A stretch of 63,423 nucleotides of DNA, the filler included, from Folioceros fuciformis (lineage: Eukaryota): NCBI GenBank assembly GCA_049999805.1. It is 3 parts of 2 records of this genome, joined end to end, with 100 filler letters (N's around TTAATTAATTAA, not from the genome) between each part and the next. Parts side by side here need not be neighbours in the genome. Positions count along the whole stretch, not along the records: positions 56,771 to 63,423 come from JBNGIO010006340.1; 2 more parts are not named here. One strand, 5' to 3'. The translations under genes and the position numbers were made by a program. Shown in pieces: positions 61,701 through 63,423 of the stretch (positions within the stretch are counted from its first letter, which is position 1; each line of letters starts with the position of its first letter). A model generated the notes under the pieces. The model had not been told where the DNA came from and searched no databases. It saw only the letters and a program-made list of their open reading frames with translations.

Positions 61701-63423
61701 ACCTTTCTGCATATGAGTTTTGGGCAGGGTGATAGGGAACAGTCAATTGATGGACGATCCCTTTTTGTCGACAGAACGCCTGAAAATCGTGACTAAGGTA
61801 CTCTTGAGCATTATCACTCCATAATTTCTTCATATGACAGCGTGTTTGTGTTTCAGCCATATGTACATAGTCCAGAAATTTCTCATAAGTTTGGTGTCTA
61901 TGATGCAGAAAATAAATATGAGTGTAATGGCTCCACTCATCCATGAACAACAAAAAATACACTGCACCACCAAAGGACGCCGTGGACATAGGACCACAGA
62001 TGTCCGAGTGAACCACATCTAACAGCCCAGTTGCCTTGGTAGGTTCCGGGTCATTGTAAGGCTTTTGAGTCATTTTTCCTACTTGGTAGTCTTCACAAAA
62101 GAGGTAATCTTGAATTTTGAAAATGATGGGGTCCCTATACAGGTTTGGATTATGAACAAGCTGTCGTACATAACTCATACTTGGATGGCAGAGTCGACAA
62201 TGCCAAAGAAAGGTCTGGTCAGCGTCACTCTTGGCATCGGTGACGAGACCATATGCATAGTTCGTGGTAACAGCAAACTGATATAAATCGTTGTAAGTGG
62301 CTCCCTCACCCAGAATATCTGAGTGATCGTCATTAGAAGTCAGAATACAGCCAGTAGGTGTGAAACAAATTCGCAAGTCATGATCCATTACGAGCTTTCT
62401 CACTGATAGCAGGTTCTTCTTCATGCTTGGCACATGCAAAACACCAAGGAGAGTGATGTTCCTCCCTCCTCGCATAGGGAAGACTACATCACCATAACCA
62501 GCAATAGCCAGTCCGCTATCGTCTCCAAGGAGCACAAATTGGCTAGTTGGTGCTAGTCGATAGGTGTGAAATTTCTCGCAGGATACACAAATATGATGTG
62601 TCGCCCCTGAGTCCAAGAACCACATATTGGTGTCAGCTTGAGTGAGAGAGAGACATACCGCTAAAATTGTTGGCGGCTTGGATGTTGTCTGTATTCCACT
62701 AGATTGCCCTTTTGATACCACATGCGTTTCAACATTGTGTGGTGCTTCCCTGCGTGGCTCACCAGCCCGCTTTTTACGGCATTCATTCTCGAAATGTCCA
62801 GGTATTCGGCACCAATGACAAGTGCCTTTCTTCTTCTGACCAGGTGCAAACGAAGTTAATACAGGATAAGGACGGCCACGTCCTCGACCTCGTCCTCTAC
62901 CACGGCCACGCTGGGTGTAGAGAACTTGAGTATTATGCTGTTGCTGACCGCGCCCGGTAGCAACTCTACTAGACTCCTCCTCTAGCAGTGCGCCGACTAC
63001 TTGAGAGAAGGTAATATTTGCACCTGCTTGATTAGCGAAATTTGTTTGGGTTGTCACAAAAGCTCGATAGCTACGTGGCAAAGAGATGAGAAGGACTGTG
63101 ATAGCCTTCATCTCCGTCAAAATGTCACCTCCAGTTGCCAACCTCGCACGAAGAGTGCGAAATCTGTGTAGGTGATTCTCCACACTGTCTGTCTCCTTCA
63201 TTCGAAGGCCATAAAGTTGTCTTGTAGCATTGATAAGCGACATGCCGTCCTTGGCGGCGAACATGTCCTTAAACACCAGCCATATTCCAGCAGAAGTAGT
63301 TTGCCCATAAGTATGCTGAAGCATATTCTTGTCAAGTGCTGAAATGAGGATGCAACGTGCCCTCTTATCTAACTTAATCCAGGCTTGTATTTCAGGGTCT
63401 GTCCCTTTTGGAACAGTTAAAGC
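58549..63423 (-). mobile_element. Copia D upstream unit with an uninterrupted gag-pol frame, 3' UTR, PPT and LTR
   Basis: PPT GAGAGGGGG directly before the TG at 58765; domain order gag-PR-INT-RT-RH. Confidence 0.95.
59230..63423 (-). CDS. Copia gag-pol polyprotein, more than 1364 aa, start outside window
   Basis: [75 protein letters not shown]. Confidence 0.96.
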   Translation of the reverse strand, partial: ALTVPKGTDPEIQAWIKLDKRARCILISALDKNMLQHTYGQTTSAGIWLVFKDMFAAKDGMSLINATRQLYGLRMKETDSVENHLHRFRTLRARLATGGDILTEMKAITVLLISLPRSYRAFVTTQTNFANQAGANITFSQVVGALLEEESSRVATGRGQQQHNTQVLYTQRGRGRGRGRGRGRPYPVLTSFAPGQKKKGTCHWCRIPGHFENECRKKRAGEPRREAPHNVETHVVSKGQSSGIQTTSKPPTILAVCLSLTQADTNMWFLDSGATHHICVSCEKFHTYRLAPTSQFVLLGDDSGLAIAGYGDVVFPMRGGRNITLLGVLHVPSMKKNLLSVRKLVMDHDLRICFTPTGCILTSNDDHSDILGEGATYNDLYQFAVTTNYAYGLVTDAKSDADQTFLWHCRLCHPSMSYVRQLVHNPNLYRDPIIFKIQDYLFCEDYQVGKMTQKPYNDPEPTKATGLLDVVHSDICGPMSTASFGGAVYFLLFMDEWSHYTHIYFLHHRHQTYEKFLDYVHMAETQTRCHMKKLWSDNAQEYLSHDFQAFCRQKGIVHQLTVPYHPAQNSYAERYNRTLQERCRANLSAAALTRGHWAESIAAVNYIQNRMPVKPSFSYTPFERWSGNKPRIGHLRIFGAAAYAYTPSERRGKMDNRATKHVFVGYADHSKGYKLYNPHTRRFTIARNVSFNENLILTSHHQSVTSHKPLSKPSIFGHLLSQEPLDQALEQDVSIFPTDLVDSMVTLPLHEPLPPVQQPDLPVPVPVHVDDALPVDPADQLVGEDLHPAESDIPDPDVAAEPEPPALRRSTRIHRPPSEWLDPPYVPSDSFVSRTPQPDSHVSLTAFAHATASAILDPPDTPLSYQEALSGPLKDEWRKAIDSEYKSLIQNNTWELVTLPIDRKPITAKWVFKLKLAPDGSVARYKARLVARGYTQVQGLDYTETFSPVVKPTSMRILLCYAVRHQLLVHQMDVKTAFLNGDLDETIYMTEPEGYVTDPTKVCHLLKSIYGLKQSARTWNIRADKKLRKLGFVPLAANCSVYVLHKDNKICIIALYVDDNFIFASDHEILTYNKRELSHEWDMTDVGPLKFALGIQFFFDPSMTSVCIHQSHFIRQLLTKFNLQAMNPVSTPVSTSEKLSLEDCPTTDAEKASMLMVPYREAMGSLLYLAGWTRPDISLAVGVVSRFLHNPGYKHWVAVKRILRYLKGTQNMYLRYSGTGDDMLTAFSDADWAGDVDSRKSVAAYYVILQGSAISWQSKKLSTVSLSLTEAEYGALSLAAREITWVRQFLEGIHWKQPDPTLLQCDNQSAIALTANPILHARSKHIEIQFHYIRQAVEQKTIKLCYVHTSANVADLLTKGLPKAVHQQHSASLGLTSAATCVTELAGATARPTPAAE

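Overview
Nuclear DNA from a compact-intron land plant: introns are mostly 70-200 nt and genes are GC-rich, a hornwort- or lycophyte-like style, but the species cannot be determined. It is a draft scaffold with N gaps, two of which carry an artificial TTAATTAATTAA spacer. The left gene island holds 2-oxoglutarate dehydrogenase E1 (5'-truncated), RPS8 and a divergent two-TM orphan gene. About 30 kb of transposon remnants follow (7.8-37.4 kb): a three-level Copia/LTR nest, an intron-containing IS3EU/rve-like DDE transposase relic, two L1 LINEs, two related LTRs and a CRE-type RLE retrotransposon fragment. The right gene island holds a bromodomain-less double-ET-domain gene, ATE1, two convergent ENO3/ENOc-type enolase paralogs and the 3' half of a GTE8-like gene. 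The window ends in a young Copia arranged internal-LTR-internal around one shared LTR. The best leads are the double-ET gene, the IS3EU-like relic, the diverged enolase pair and the extra coding region upstream of Gag in these Copia elements. All family assignments come from motif recognition by eye; no searches were run.
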